A DNA stretch of 64,000 nucleotides from Eledone cirrhosa (taxonomy: Eukaryota). Where the stretch lies: contig OZ024743.1 in the NCBI GenBank assembly GCA_964016885.1, positions 62,682,001 through 62,746,000 on the forward strand, read 5' to 3'. The stretch's first letter is position 1. Each line of letters starts with the position of its first letter. Under the pieces are notes generated by a model that worked only from the letters and a program-made list of their open reading frames with translations, had not been told where the DNA came from and did no database searches. Below, piece after piece: positions 1 through 14,092 of the stretch. Made by a program: the position numbers and the translations under genes.

Positions 1-1789
1 ACTGATGCACTTTGGTTGTGCTTGATTGCACTCCTTTGATCAAAATGTAGAGTTCGTCTAAGGTCTATGCGACTTAAACAATGACTTCGGCAGTTTCCGT
101 GTCGCTAAACAGATTGATTAGAAAAATAAAATAAAACACAATCTCTCTGTACATAACAAAGATTGCCGAGCACACATAGAAGACTACCGGCGCGGAAACT
201 GCGTAATTGTTTACATTGCGTTGACCTAAAAGGAAGGATTACCTGATCCACAGTAGTAGCTTCCCACGGATTCTAATGTTAGTTATTTTTTTATTTTTTT
301 CAGCAGGATGCCGTGGTTGCCATGCTTACATTCATATATTTCACATATAACATGAACACATGTATGTGTGTCTGTGTGTTTGCATATATCTACAGGAAAA
401 CGTTGAAATGTCAACTGTTGTCTGTCTAATAATATTTCCTCTTTGACCCTAAGAAAAAACAACGTTGTCCTATAATTATAGCAATGACATTGATGTTACA
501 CTGTAGTGGTTGGTGGTGATGGTGGTAGTAGTAATGGTGGTTGTAGTAGTTGTTGTTGTGAGAAGTGGTAGTGTATATGATGCGATAGTCTTATTGCTAC
601 ATATTTAGGTACAGCTGTACATGGGATTAGAATTTTATGAGCGAATGTGTAATATTTATGTTCATGTGTGTGACAAAGCTGGTCTTTTGGATTACAGTAG
701 AACTCATTTTTCTTTCAAGCTGAATGAACTAGAACCTTTTTCAATGAGACAATTCACCACTGAGAATCGAACTTACAATCGTGACCCTAACTACTACGCC
801 ACACGCCTTCACACACCCTTAAATAGATGCAAACAAACAGATTCATATAGAGATACGGAGGTCTGTATGGATGTATGTGATTCAAATGTTTGTGTGCGGT
901 TCAACGCGTACAGATACGGAGGTATGTGCGTGACGTTCAACAGAAATACGGAGATCTGTATGTATGTGTGCGTGTAGTTCAACAAACACGACTGTATGTA
1001 TGGTTCATCAGAGATAAAGACCTGAATACCTAGAGACTGACATGTCAGTTAACCTTTAAGTACCCTCACAACAGCTTCGGGGACGCTAATTACCATCACT
1101 CACAGCATTCAAATCTGACAAATAATACGTCGACCTTCGGGGTGGGGAGGTCATGAACGTGCACTTCCGGTTAATAGTTCAAAATGAAAAACCCTACTTT
1201 GAGCGATTGTCAATCCTTTTGATACTGAACCGCCCCTGGTTCTATAATACTGTTTGTTTTAAAGTGTTTATATTTATCTTAAAAACGTTCCCAAAACTAG
1301 CTTAATAAGAAAGTTAGTTATGTTACTTTTTTTTTTTTTCTGGCCGAGTTTACACTCGCAAATAAGAACCAGGGCCACCCCTAGGAGCATTGGATTTGGT
1401 GTACTTCATATCTGTTTCGGTTGCTGAATACAATCAGGGATCGCTGCTTCTCCCGAAGATCAATAGTTCTCTTCTAACTCAACGCCTTTGCATTGATCAT
1501 CTGCAAAGCTGCATTGTTCTCAGAACCACTACACCAGTCTTTCGATGTGTGCAGCTAGAACTACTGCCACCCATTTATTTGGCAGGATCGCAACTCATTT
1601 CTACAGCTAGAGCAACGTGAAATAAAGTGTCTTGCTCAAGGATACACCACATCATCCGGTCCGAGAATCAAACACAGCAAGCCCAATACTCTAACCACTA
1701 AGCCATGCGCCTTATATTACTATACTCCTTTAAATTCTTAATAATCTTAAAATCTAAGAAAACCACACTATTTAAAAACAGAAAGGCAA

Positions 1790-2210
1790 GGGCTCTAGGG
1801 TCACAGAATAATGGGAGGATGATGGGCTCTACGCCTAACGCGCGGCAGTTTTGGGGCTTCGCCCCGCGAATAAGATTGACACACACTGCAACAGCCACCC
1901 CACCTCGCAGGGCTCCTTCCTCAGACGGGCTGCTGACATTCCGATCTTGCGGAGGAGCTCGATAGTAGGAGGTCCAAGTACGCCTAAGGTCTCGATGGTG
2001 ACTGGTGCGAAGAGGCAGCGGCCGGGCAATTCCCGGTATTTGTTTATCATCCTTTATTCTACATTGCGGGCCGCAGTACCGGGGTTTGTGGCTGAAGCGG
2101 TTAAGTTGGAGGCGGAGAACGTGTCGCAACATGTGGCATCCCAGATGAGGGATCTACCTCCTTCGAATGGGGCGAGGGTAATTCCGTTGAGGGGCTTGCC
2201 GTCTCCATTG
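1790..2210 (-). mobile_element. CRE-clade 3' fragment (related ends at ~3125-3215, ~6740-6820, ~35153-35390)
   Basis: KYRELPGRCLFAPVTIETLGVLGP...WLLQCVS; the short copies encode SLAITRGNAASVLAC. Confidence 0.7.
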
Positions 2211-2519
2211 TATTTTTCATTAAAAATATGGTAACGAAAGAGTTTATATGGAAAGGTTTTATTTTATCAATATAAGGCAATATGTACTAGTACTTTACAT
2301 TGATTAATATAGAATGAACTGAATACAGAAAAAAATTATCCTACGTATCTTCCAGGGTCCACGTGTATAATGTGTGTATAATTTAAGATTTTTAAGAGAG
2401 TACGATATTTTGTGTGAAAATATATTAAGACTAACCATGTGTTTGTGGTTTGTGTATATGTATGTTTCTTTTTTTATTTTTTTTTTTTTTATTAATACTA
2501 ACCAGAAGAATTAAGTAAG

Positions 2520-2945
2520 TGTAAAAGCCAAACTTGCTATTTTTAATTCGGTATTCGTGCCAACCCTTGGGTAATGACAAAGAATACGATCGCGAATTCA
2601 GATGGCCGAAAGGGGGGTTCCTCCGAAGGGTCTTTGGAATAAGGTTACTCGATAGAGCGCGTAGCTCTGGGATCAGAAAGTCACCCCAGGTAGAGCCGCT
2701 ACTTCTGTGAATTGAGAGACCACAGCTCCGATACTATGGGAATGTGGTTAGAATGTCTCACGAAAGAATCGCTGGGCATATTTTACGGGCAAAACCAGCT
2801 GGCAGGAGACCCAGGTTAGACCTCGTGCAAGATGGTTGGATAACATCAATGAGCTTGGCTGGTCTCTCTTGGGGGTTCAGTTGGAGGCGGTTGCTTCTGA
2901 CGAGCCACTGGGAAGGGTGTTTGAGGACTCTTCCCCAACAACTAT
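2520..2945 (+). mobile_element. RTE LINE 3' fragment (others at ~7690-7985 +, ~28270-28510 -)
   Basis: QLRYYGNVVRMSHERI...PAGRRPR remnant. Confidence 0.6.
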
Positions 2946-4288
2946 CTCAGGAATATATTGATCCTTTCGTACCCACATTTCTAATAAAAGATACTGCTTA
3001 AAATTTGCAAATCACTTTGAAAATAGAATGCACACAAATAAACTCAATTTATATTTTTTAAAAGGTGTGGGAAAACACGCTCCACAACAAGGGGCGTCGG
3101 ATTTTCCCTCTAATATTTTTTGGGGGAAAGCCAACGCATTCGCAGCATTGCTGCAGTTTATAGCGAGACTATGACGCTAGAATAACTCAGCACCCTGATG
3201 GTTATCACCTGATATGTCGGTAAGGCCAACAATGACAAGAACCTTATTGTCAACGACCCAGCTCCACCCACTCTACAAGCGCCTAAAATTTTAGAGGAAT
3301 TTAGTAAAATGGCTGACTTACTCATTCTAAGCTGATGTTTGAAGCATAACTTGTCAAAGGATCTGACAAAACATTATGATGCAATTTTTTTTTTTTAGAT
3401 AAATGCAAACACTTTAAAATAAACAGTTTTGTATCAGAACATAATCGGTTTGGTGTCAAAAGGATTAAGACTAGAAATTTGAAAATGTGTTGTGTATTTT
3501 TGTGACCCGTGTGTATATATTAAGAATTTAGCATTATGAGACTGTGCTCTTATATAAGTTTGTGGCCCGCGTGTATGTGTGTGTAGCGCAACCTCAACAT
3601 ATTTTTCCCCACTATGGTTTTCTTAGCCTGCCACACACGACCACAACCAAATCGTAGATGATATTCTTTTCAGAGTGTCCGAAAAGGAGACAGTTGAAAT
3701 GCCATCTGTTTAATCTTTCTGGGCAACCTAATTATACTTACATGAATTTAAAAATGATAAAATTATTTTTAAAATGTTCATTTCCAGTACCAAAATAGAA
3801 ATACATTAGTAAGGATTTCAGTCTCTTAAATGTGTGGTCTGTGAAATATTACAACGTCTACATTTTAATCATATCTCATTGTATACATGCTGCAGACAAA
3901 TTACATTGTAACTATTGAAGGAAATAAACTTCGTTTAGGGACACAACACTATGGTAAAGGCTGTGCGTCTACATGTGAAAACACAGATACCTAAATATGG
4001 AATGCTCCTTTCGCCGGAACAGTGGGGTGGGGGTCTGAAAAATTAATAAGCGCGGCGGGGGGGTATTCGAGACCCAAGAGTACTTCAACTTCATCACTAC
4101 TACCACAAATGAAGAAATCTATCTGGCAACCACATCATTGCCGAAACCAATATTTACCAAAACCCCACTAAATGTTAAACCTAACTATGTGGGTGTTCTT
4201 GTGTGTTTGTGGCCATATGGGTGCATATTATCGTGCATGTTTGTAACACGCGTGTATATATTATTAAAAGCTGTGGGCGTATATATAT

Positions 4289-4480
4289 ATAGGAAAATGT
4301 ATGACCCCGACGGCAGAGCTCAGGCCGTTTCGACAGTTATTTCAGTCCAGAAATAGCCGTCGAAACGCCTTGAGCTCTGCCGTCGAGGTCATACATTTTC
4401 CTATTACCCACTCTACTACCCTAAGTATTGAGTACTCTGGTGCGCTATGGTCCATTTGGTTCCTTACCACAACTCCCTCG

Positions 4481-4482
<2 letters not shown>
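4289..4482 (+). mobile_element. Family-C fold-back insertion in (TA)n (arms 4289-4343 / 4350-4404 plus tail)
   Basis: 55-bp inverted arms; contains HHR 3' half GAAA CGGC..GAGCTC..GCCG TC; homolog at 30992-31185. Confidence 0.75.
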
Positions 4483-4514
<32 letters not shown>

Positions 4515-5192
4515 AGTTGACGGGACTAGCATAAGTTCCCTGCTAGAACCGGTTGCATCTCAGCGTACTCAATATATATAAGCCATGTGTGAGTGTCTGT
4601 GGTCCACGTGTATAATGTTTGTATATATTAAGCCTATCCATATGAGTGTGTTCTTCTGCATACAAAATAGCATTGGACGCGAGTTACCTCATCCTACTTG
4701 TCCATTTCCCAAAGTTTGTTTAGGTAAGGTTGACAAGTACATTTTCACCAGACCTTTAATGTCAACCGTACGAATAACAACAGCACTGACTTATACAGAC
4801 AGACAAACATAGATGTAGAATATGAAATAGTACAAGAGTTAGCTAACTATATAGTTGATCCTCCGCCAGTTTCGTCGACGAATGTTCTAGTTCGGGGTTC
4901 TCAAAGTGGGCGCTACTTCCCCCTCCTCCGAAGGGGAGCGGTGGGGTGGAGATGATATAATAATATATCAAATATCAAATGATATATATATATATAAATA
5001 TAGTAAAATAAAAAATATATATTTATTTATACATAGTATATATATTATTTATTATATATTATTTACAATGGGGGGGGGGCATAAGTCTGAGAACCTCTTT
5101 TCTACTTGTTCGCCCAATGGAAGAATTTGCTCGTGAAATTAGCGTGTAAATGGCTGAGCACTCCACAGACTCGTGTACTTTTAACGTAATTT

Positions 5193-5373
5193 AATTGTTT
5201 CTACTTTAGGCACAAGGCCAGCAATTATCCCAGTGCATTACTGGTACTTTATTTTATCGACCCCGTAAGGATGAAAGGCAAAGTCAACCTCGGCGGGATT
5301 TGAACTCAGATCGTAAAGGGACGTAACTATGCTGGAAAGCATGGCGTCCGACCCTCTACCGATACTGCCAATC
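5193..5373 (-). mobile_element. tRNA-derived SINE family (copies ~6400-6510, 7990-8066, 29740-29815, 30145-30327, 35460-35620, 45400-45660)
   Basis: Repeated GAGTTCAAATCCCGCCGAGGTTGACTTTGCCTTTCATCC...GTACCAGTAATGCACTGGG...GTAGAAACAATT. Confidence 0.75.
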
Positions 5374-5869
5374 CACGTAATTTAATGTGACACAGTGAGT
5401 GATAAGGCTGGCCCTTTCAATTACAGATACGGTCCATCAGGCGGGTTTCCTAAAAGTTTCCGTCTATCCAGTTTCACTAGTGAGCAGAGGCGTAACTAGG
5501 GTATGGCAAGCATGGCACATGCCATGGGCACCACAAAGGGGGCGGGAAACTCTTTCAGATGTATGATCTGTCTCTGATTATCATGGGTGAGAACACTATG
5601 GAGGCTGGATTATTAAACCATTTATATAAATTATTAGACCCATAGGTAAAAATACAGTGCTAAACAGGGGCGCAATTTCACTGCTTGCTATTGGCGCTAT
5701 TTTCCTTAGTTTGCCTCTCTTTGTGAGGCTAATTTCTTAACCGTTCGGCTATGTCCACACTATATAATTAGCAATATACTGTAATGTACTGCAGAATATA
5801 TGTATGTACAGAGTTTAGCCAACATTGTATGTATCGATAAACGTAAATACATTGTCTTTAAATACAACA

Positions 5870-6222
5870 TACTCTCGGGTCCCAATAATGGGGGGGGGGG
5901 GGATAAGCGGGGTTGTTAGAATAAACGGTAATTTTTCTAGGTTGTCTCCATTGGCTTTTTAAAAGCCAGAATCAGTGGTTTAGTTTACATATTGAGACCC
6001 CCAACCCATCCTATTTATTTTATAACGTATGGATTTTCTAGTTTTTTTAATATCTGAAGAAAATTAATTGTTGCAGCAATGCAACCATTTAAAATAAAAT
6101 TTCGCCGGAGATAGATTAGTAAAATTTAATAAGCGGGGTAGAGGGGTTGGAATATGAGCGGGGAGTGGGGTCCTGAAAAATAATAGGGGGAGGGGGGGGG
6201 CATTATTCGAGACCCGAAAGTA
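5870..6222. mobile_element. TA-flanked MITE (second full copy 17018-17427; partials ~4020-4082, ~8440-8480)
   Basis: TIRs TACTCTCGGGTC.C.AATAAT / ATTATTCGAGACCCGA.AGTA; shared internal sequence. Confidence 0.75.
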
Positions 6223-7329
6223 TTTCTTATAAATCATGTGCGTGTATATTAAATTTTGCTAACTTTTCTTTAGACATTTAAAAACATTATACATGACCAA
6301 AAACGTACATAACTGGAAATCCCATACCTTATAAAATAAATAGGATGGGCTGGGGTCTCAAAAAAAATTTATTCACAGTTGTATAAAAAGAAATATAATA
6401 TAATTGTTTCTACTTTTGGGACAAGGCCAGCAATTATCCCAAAGCATTGCTGGTACTTTATTTTATCCACCCCGTAAGGATGAAAGGCAAAGTTAACCTC
6501 GGCGGGATTATACAATATAATGTTTACAAAACGAAAGCACAAACATAAAATAAAGGGATAAGAAATAGGAAAGGAAAGAGAAAAAAGAACACATAAGCAG
6601 GTAGCATCTAGGACCACATATAACAAAAGGCAGGCGAATGGGGTGGACAACCGAGCCGCTACCAGAGCAAAAGATAACTGTCGCGAGGAGCACTGAAAAA
6701 CCTCTTTAACTAAACCACTTTAGGGGTTAACTACACATTTGAGGCAAGCCAACACGCTCGCAGCATTACCACGGGTGATGGCGAGACTAAGGCGCTGAAA
6801 TAAGCATCACCTGACACCTCAGTAAAGTGAACTGCCAGTGATAACAGACTGGCGAAAGGTTAGGATTAAGAAAATGTCGAGTGCTTCCACCGCCTCATGT
6901 AACTAAAAAAACAAATAATTTCATATGGTTTTGAAGGTCAGATTCGTTCAAAAGACAATAAAGAACGTAGGAAAGATCGTAATGAAATCTCTGAGGTTAG
7001 GAAACTCCGATGTTCCTCTCCTTTCCTCTCCGATATCTGAAAAACAGGTCATTTCCGATAGGTTTGGAGGTCAGAATCGTTGAAAACTAAAAAAAAAATT
7101 CTACTCGAATCCATGACATTTACCAAAACTTCAATCAACCGAGACTTATTCATAATTTCAAGGCTGAAACTCTCATTAGGGGTGTTCAGATCACGAAAAG
7201 TAAGCAGGGTGAGAACTCCCGTAGAATGAGTTGATCCAAGTCTTTTGGAGCAATTTTAGACGAAGCAGTGGAATTGGACCTTGTTTCTATGCCAACGTGT
7301 TCAAAACAACGGACGGAGGACACACACGC

Positions 7330-7399
<70 letters not shown>

Positions 7400-8247
7400 C
7401 TGCAAATAATAATAGTATTGGATTTATTATATAGAAGCTACGTAATATGACAGCTGCAGCTTGATAACGTCTGTCTTCGCTCTTTGGAGGCTGTTGCAGT
7501 CTAGTTACATATACCGAGTTTGGGAAGATGGGTGGTCCGCGTTTGATTTGCCAAATTTGGAGGGTGAGTACGGTTTGGTTTGGCAGGAATCATGAGTACA
7601 GCTTGGCGTTCGGTTTAAGGTGTTTGCTGAGTGTTTGTCAACTGATTGTCATTCACTCCCGACTCTGATGTTCTAGCTGTATCTTATATTTGCTCCATCC
7701 ACGCAACAATTTTGAAAAACCAGCTGTGGTGGTCTGGACATATTATCCGTATGACTGATGTGTGTATCTCTAAGCAACTGTTTTATGGGGAACTTGGTCG
7801 GGGGGGGGGGGGGGTAGAGTAAGCCAAAGAAAAGGTTCAAAGATGCATTGAAAAAGAACTTGAAGAATAAAGGAATTGATCACCAAAACCTGGAAAGACT
7901 CGGCATCGATCGCTCTACCTGGCATTCAAATATATGAGATGGCGTGAAAACCTTTGAGCAAAACAGGCATGAGAAATATAAGAAAAGACAGCCGGGGTCG
8001 ATAAAATAAACTACCAGTAATGCACTGGATAATTGCTGGCCTTGTGCCAAAAGTAGAAACAATTATTATAATTCAATTTCTTTTTATTTATAATATTATT
8101 ATATTTTTTATTTGTAATTTGAATAAAATATCGTTGTAAAAAAAAAAAGAAAGAAAAATATATCCATGTATAGTCGGAATTGTTAAAGAGTTGGACATGA
8201 TGCTTTGTGGTTTCTGATCCGGCTCTGTGACTTCTGGGTTAAAACCC

Positions 8248-8419
8248 AGTAGATAGTATGAGCAATGGAAGCATTGCTGCCATGGGCCGATCTAACGATC
8301 GGCTCCTTTTTCAACTAGAGCTATCGTAGTATGTAACTGATTGGAAAAAGAAAAGATTGCCAGATCGGACCAAGGAAAAAATGTTTCCTTTGGTCTTTCC
8401 ATTGCTTATACTGTCTACC
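8248..8419. repeat. Palindromic MITE-like element (partial copy ~37620-37700)
   Basis: Terminal IR GTAGATAGTATGAGCAATGGAA / TTCCATTGCTTATACTGTCTAC. Confidence 0.55.
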
Positions 8420-10894
8420 GGAGACAACATGGAAAAATTACTGATTCCCCCGCCTCCTATTATTTGGGAGTTGAGAGTAGTTGAATGAGTGAGTAACTTT
8501 CTGGTTGAGTAATGGCAAGTGAGTAAGTGAAATATGTCTCAGTAAGTAGAGAGAAGTTTTACCATGTTCGAGTAGTTGTACTCGCTTGTTGTCCGGGCAG
8601 AAGGAGGTAGATTAGAACGCAGAAAGCTCAAACATATATATACACATACGCACACAAGTATTGCAGTACGGATGTTTACATATTCAGTGACAGCACACAC
8701 AATTACATTCACCATGTAACAGTTTCAAGACGTTATCTCTCTCTCACCTCGCTGTCATAACACAATAGGTGTTACTTGGTTCTGTCTGTCTGTCTCTCTC
8801 TATCTGTCATTTTCTTTCTTTCACATATACACACACACACACAGACACTTTTTTTCTCTTTCTTACACCCTCGTTCACCCGCAGACTCTCTCTTTCTCTC
8901 TCTCTCCTACGCACACTCGCGCGTGCACTCTCTTCTCTATCTTTCTCACTCGCATGCCCACTCTTTCTTACACACTTTATCTCCCTCTTCATTATTCATC
9001 GATGGACCTCGGTCGGTTTCCACGATGAATAACATGCTTGTGAAATTAACGCGTAATCGGTTGAACATTTCACAGACACGTGTACCTGTAATAAATATGA
9101 TTTAGCGTGACTCATTTGACAATCCCGATGAGTTTCTAAACATTTTCCGTCTACCCAATTTTACTCACAAGGCATAGGTCAACACTTGCCCAAGATGCCA
9201 CGCAACGAGATTGAACACCAGTTTTAAATACAATGGATATTAATGCCTGATAATTCTCCGTATAGCGTTTCTGCTAGAGAACGGGTCGCATGTGGCAGAT
9301 AGCGATACGGCCACCAGATATGATGGTTAGTTGTGATATAAGCGAGTGATAGAACAATGGATGATACCTTTAGCTTACAAGAAAATTTTCACAGCCCAGG
9401 GATGTAGCTACGACGAGACGAGTAAAGGCTGCTTCTAAAAGAGCTTAGTCTTCGCGAGTTTGAGAAAGTACCAGATTGGTGACTGGCGCGAATAAGACCA
9501 CCAAAACTGCAATATAGTGAGAGGAAGGAAAAAGAACCATACCACATCGTTCTTCATGTGGGTTAACATGGGATGTGTTCAGGCCTTAGGTAGAGGGGTC
9601 TGTTCGAAAAATGCATGGTAGTCTCCATCCTATGCTGCAAAAACTGGCGATGGGCCTGCGACCTGTCCTGGGAGGTGTCAGATGGATGCACAAAGATTAC
9701 GTATCACGAGGCCTTGATGAGGGCTCGGAAAGGAGCAAATCGTAACCATTGGAGCCTAGGGTGTCTAATTTGGTAGTTGTTGATAAACACGCCAGCAGTT
9801 ATTTAAAATGAGGGTGTCTGGCAACAAACATGTTGATATCATGGGCAATAAAGAAGAAGCACTTAGAACCGCTACAAGTGCAAGAATACATCTAAGACAG
9901 TGCATTCCTTCCATACCTTGAACTCTGTGGCCCTCTTGACATCGGCCACGTTGGTACATGCGTTGCATGAATTTGGATTCGCCCATCACTATGAATAGAG
10001 GTGGGGAACCTTTTCATGTTGAAAGATCTCATTAAGTTACTTGTAATATAAGGCCGCATTGAAGAAACTATAATTATATTTTCTTAAAATCTACATTATT
10101 TTGTAAAAATCTAATTTATGTACTAATTATCTAAAAAAAACGGGAACAAATTTTAATTACTTTTTAATGGCTTTGTTGTGACTGCTTGTTGTAGGAAAGT
10201 ATTTTGATATTTGGTTGGTCCGAAGTTTCAACTCGACAGCTAGATGGACATCCGCCTTCTGGCTGCCCGTCAGTGTGGATTATTTCGTTGAGTTTTCTTT
10301 TATCCTTTGGTATTTAAAATACATTCATCTTATGGTTTAAATTAAAATAAGGGATAGCCAAACACATACTAATAAAAATTAAAAATTTGTTGGAAATTCT
10401 TTATTCTTTCAAAAGAATGTACAGAATGGTGTAAAAGTCTGCAGTTTCTCCATCTCTGACTATGTTTATTCCATTTCCTCCAATCTGCATGGGATTGTCG
10501 TTACATCACGTATATCTCTGAAATATTTATTACCAGCTCTGCTACCGACACATCACATAGTTCATATAGCTTTAATACTCAAGAACTCAAAAGAATCATT
10601 ATGTCCTGCAGAAGAGGAACAGCAGGCTAAAAGTGTGATGAAGCATAATTTTCACTAGTTTTAATGATAATCTGCAATACAGCTGATAGGCTGTTATTTA
10701 TTTTTTCCATAAAAATGAATACATATAATGAAATATGTGAATTAGTACAAAATGTAGGTAAAAAAATTTCCCTTAATTCCGTTTTTGCTTTTGGTAAATT
10801 CCGTTTTATCCTCTTTGTATTTCATGGGCAAAGTGCAATAAACTGTACCATTCCCTCGTTCTTTGACATCGACGATGTATATATATATCAATTA

Positions 10895-11564
10895 TGTGGT
10901 TGATCACAATCTATTTATCTGAAACTTGAGACCACCTGAAGCCAAAGAAACCCACAAAACTGGCAGGTCCAAGGCGACGTACAGGATAAAATGGTAAGCG
11001 TTGGTGGATAAGGAAGCCAGGACCAGGTATGCAGATACTATTGCATCCAAATTCAGAAAACTCCCTGATCAAACTAAGAACGTTGACACAGTAAAGGTGT
11101 CCAAAGTTAAGACGTGGGAGGACTTTGAAGTCAAGCTGGAATCCGACTTCGGATCAACAAATAAAGTGTTCTGGCTGTCCTTCCTCCTCCACACCTGCTA
11201 TTAGGGACGTGTCTGGGGTTTTCCTCTCTTCGGAGAGGTGCATCCTGGAGAGAGTACTTTGTTGATCACAACAGCATCTCCTCATGTACACGAGCACCTG
11301 GGAGCGATGACTAATCTCTCGGAGGCTGAGGTCACAAGAGCAGTCAAAGAGCTCAAATGTGGCAAGGCCGCTGGAGAAGATGAAATCCGGCTCGAGATGT
11401 TAAAAGCCTTGAATATAGAAGGTATTCTCTGGTTGTCTCGTGTGTGCCGGGTAGCCTGGATCTTTGGAAAGCCACCTAAGCAATGGCAATTGGGAGTGAT
11501 AATCCCAATTTTTAAAAAGGGAGACAAGAGAGATTGTTCCAATTACAGAGGGATCTCCTTGTTA

Positions 11565-11565
<1 letters not shown>
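10895..11565 (+). mobile_element. RTE LINE fragment
   Basis: GKAAGEDEIRLEMLKAL...GVIIPIFKKGDKRDCSNYRGISLL. Confidence 0.8.
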
Positions 11566-11595
<30 letters not shown>

Positions 11596-11834
11596 ACACG
11601 CACAGAAACTGAAACTAACAATCGAAAAGTTAGTACACCAATGGATTAAGGGTATACACAGAAATGTTTATTAATACTCATTTTAAAACATAAAAGAAGG
11701 AATACATCTCGAGTTTGCTAACGAACCCAACTGCTATTTCTAGCAGGTTGGGGGGGGGGATACTCGTGTTTCGCGGCTAGCGTCTCCGTGGATTTGAACG
11801 CTGGTTTACACACACATTTATATATAATTAACTA

Positions 11835-12418
11835 TCTATATCAATATATAATATAAAAGATTGGAACTCCCATCATCCTTTTGAGAAACTGGACAAGTCA
11901 TGTATATGCAATGGCACACGCTTAACAGTCAGGCGGATGTTGGACCATCTCCTAGAGGTCTCTATTCTTGGAGGCAATCATTAAGGAGAAAATGCATTTA
12001 ATCCCAAGATTTCTCTCATCCCTTCCTCTACCGAGCTGCCGTTCAGATTCTTAAGACTTCAGTTCCCTGTTAAAGCCAGTTTTGCTAGGACCATAAATAA
12101 AAGTCAGTGTCCGAGTCTCAAAATTGTAGGATTGGATATGAGAGAATCAGTTTTTACCCATGGACAGATATATATAGGTTGTTCATGAGTCGGAACACCT
12201 AGAAATCTTCATATATTATACACGAACAGTAAAAAGAAGAATTTGGTGTATCTGGAAGATTTTTTACTGTTTTTTTTTATGTTGTTATACACACACATGC
12301 ACACAACGGTCTCGCCTCCTACTGTAAATTACATAACGCCTCCAATACAGATGATTTCTCTTCTACCGGTCTTCTCTTATCATCTGTTTACCCGGGCGAA
12401 GCTGGATACCTCAGCTAG
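11835..12418 (+). mobile_element. Non-autonomous Helitron with PIF1 helicase remnant
   Basis: A|TC start; CNGTRL...RLQFPVKASFARTINKSQ...VFTHGQIY; subterminal hairpin and CTAG|T. Confidence 0.82.
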
Positions 12419-12559
12419 TATCTAATAAAAACAAAACACTATTAAAGGGAACAGAAAGGGAAGAAAAAAAGAAAATGAAAAAGAGAAAAAGAAAAAGAAA
12501 AAGAAAAAGAAACAATGATCAAGCAACAAGAAAAAAAAGAGAAAGGGGAGATACAGACA

Positions 12560-13575
12560 CTACACCCTTGTCTGAGCGGTACCTCAGCCGCGCCCCGCGG
12601 ACCAAACGGCAAAAGAGTTACCGCGAAACACCCACTGCAACAGCCACTTCATGAGTCTCCCTTCTCAAGCGGGTTGCTGACTTTCCGACTTTACGGAGGA
12701 AATCAGCAGAGCGTGGACCAAGGAGCGACGGAGACTGGTGCATTACGGGAAGCGGAGCCGGGGTTTGTAGCCGAAGCAACAGGTTGGCGGCGTAGAACGA
12801 GTCGTTGCACGTCGCGTCATGAATTAGGGATTTGCGCCTCCTCGAAAGAGAAGAGGGTTAATCTATCAAGGTGTTTGCGATCGCCATGATCGTAACCAGC
12901 CCGCTCCAATTGTGACGGGAAACCAGCTGCATCGAGGCACTTTATAATGATGTCATTCGGAGTAGCGTGACGTGGAAGCTGGCCTGCACTAATGCAGCAA
13001 GATAACGAGTGCAGACCGAACTCATCGACCTCTGTTGCACAAAGGCATCTGTGTGGCTTCATGAGGAAGAGCGCCGGGTACGCGTCGATGAGGCGCAGTC
13101 ACTCTGTCATCCTCGTCAGGTCTGCATGCTTGGCTTCCAAGCACTCATGTATGATTTTCGGGAGTCTTAGAGAGCTGAGAATGCAGACGGCATCCTTCAG
13201 CCGAGCTCCAGTCAGGACAGGATCGATGCTGAGTACAGCGTCATGGAATTCGACTTCACCGTAGCTCACATTGATGACTTCGGACTCGGATGGGTTGATC
13301 TCCAGTCCTAAGTGCCTTGGGGAAAGGATGACCCACTGGAGGGTCCTCAGCAACAGACTCAACTGAGCCTCAGAGAGTCACGTCGTCTAAATACCAGGCA
13401 TTAAAGGGCGGGCGGACTGAGTGGGCAATGTCATCAACAGCCAGCGCGAAAAGGAGCGGGCCGAGTGGGTCCCATTGTTGGACTTCTGTGACGGAGGTGA
13501 TCTGTTTGTCAGCAGCTATCAGTGTGCTGGGTGTCTCATATATATATTTATGAAACCGGTAACTACCACGCACCT
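12560..13575 (-). mobile_element. CRE-clade (RLE-type) non-LTR retrotransposon remnant
   Basis: VQQWDPLGPLLFALAVDD...WYLDDVTL; CLC..EVDEFGLHSLSC..RH..NDII; GDRK..D.LTLF. Confidence 0.75.
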
Positions 13576-13593
13576 AATTTTTAGTTAACTATG

Positions 13594-13691
<98 letters not shown>

Positions 13692-14092
13692 ACGCACGCA
13701 GTATAACTAAATTTTGTAATAGATATCCAAAGTTGGTAGAGCACTCAATCGGAGGGACGAGTTGTGTTATACAATTATTTATCACATAAAAAAAACACGT
13801 GTATCTGTAAACATGATTTGTTGATGTAATAATTATCTATATATATCGAGAGAGTTTGTTTTGGATTAAATTTAATATGTAATATTGCTTCTCGGAATGA
13901 TATCTTATCTGTATATTTTATCCATTCATTGATATGTATAAGTATTAGAGACTTAATAACCTTTTCATTAATATTAACTACTCCTTAATTTGTTGAGCTT
14001 TTTCAGACGGTTTTTGGATGCTATTTCTAGCGTCATTATAAGCCTGTCGCGTAGTCGTAATATATTAAGAGAAATTTGATCATTTAATAGCT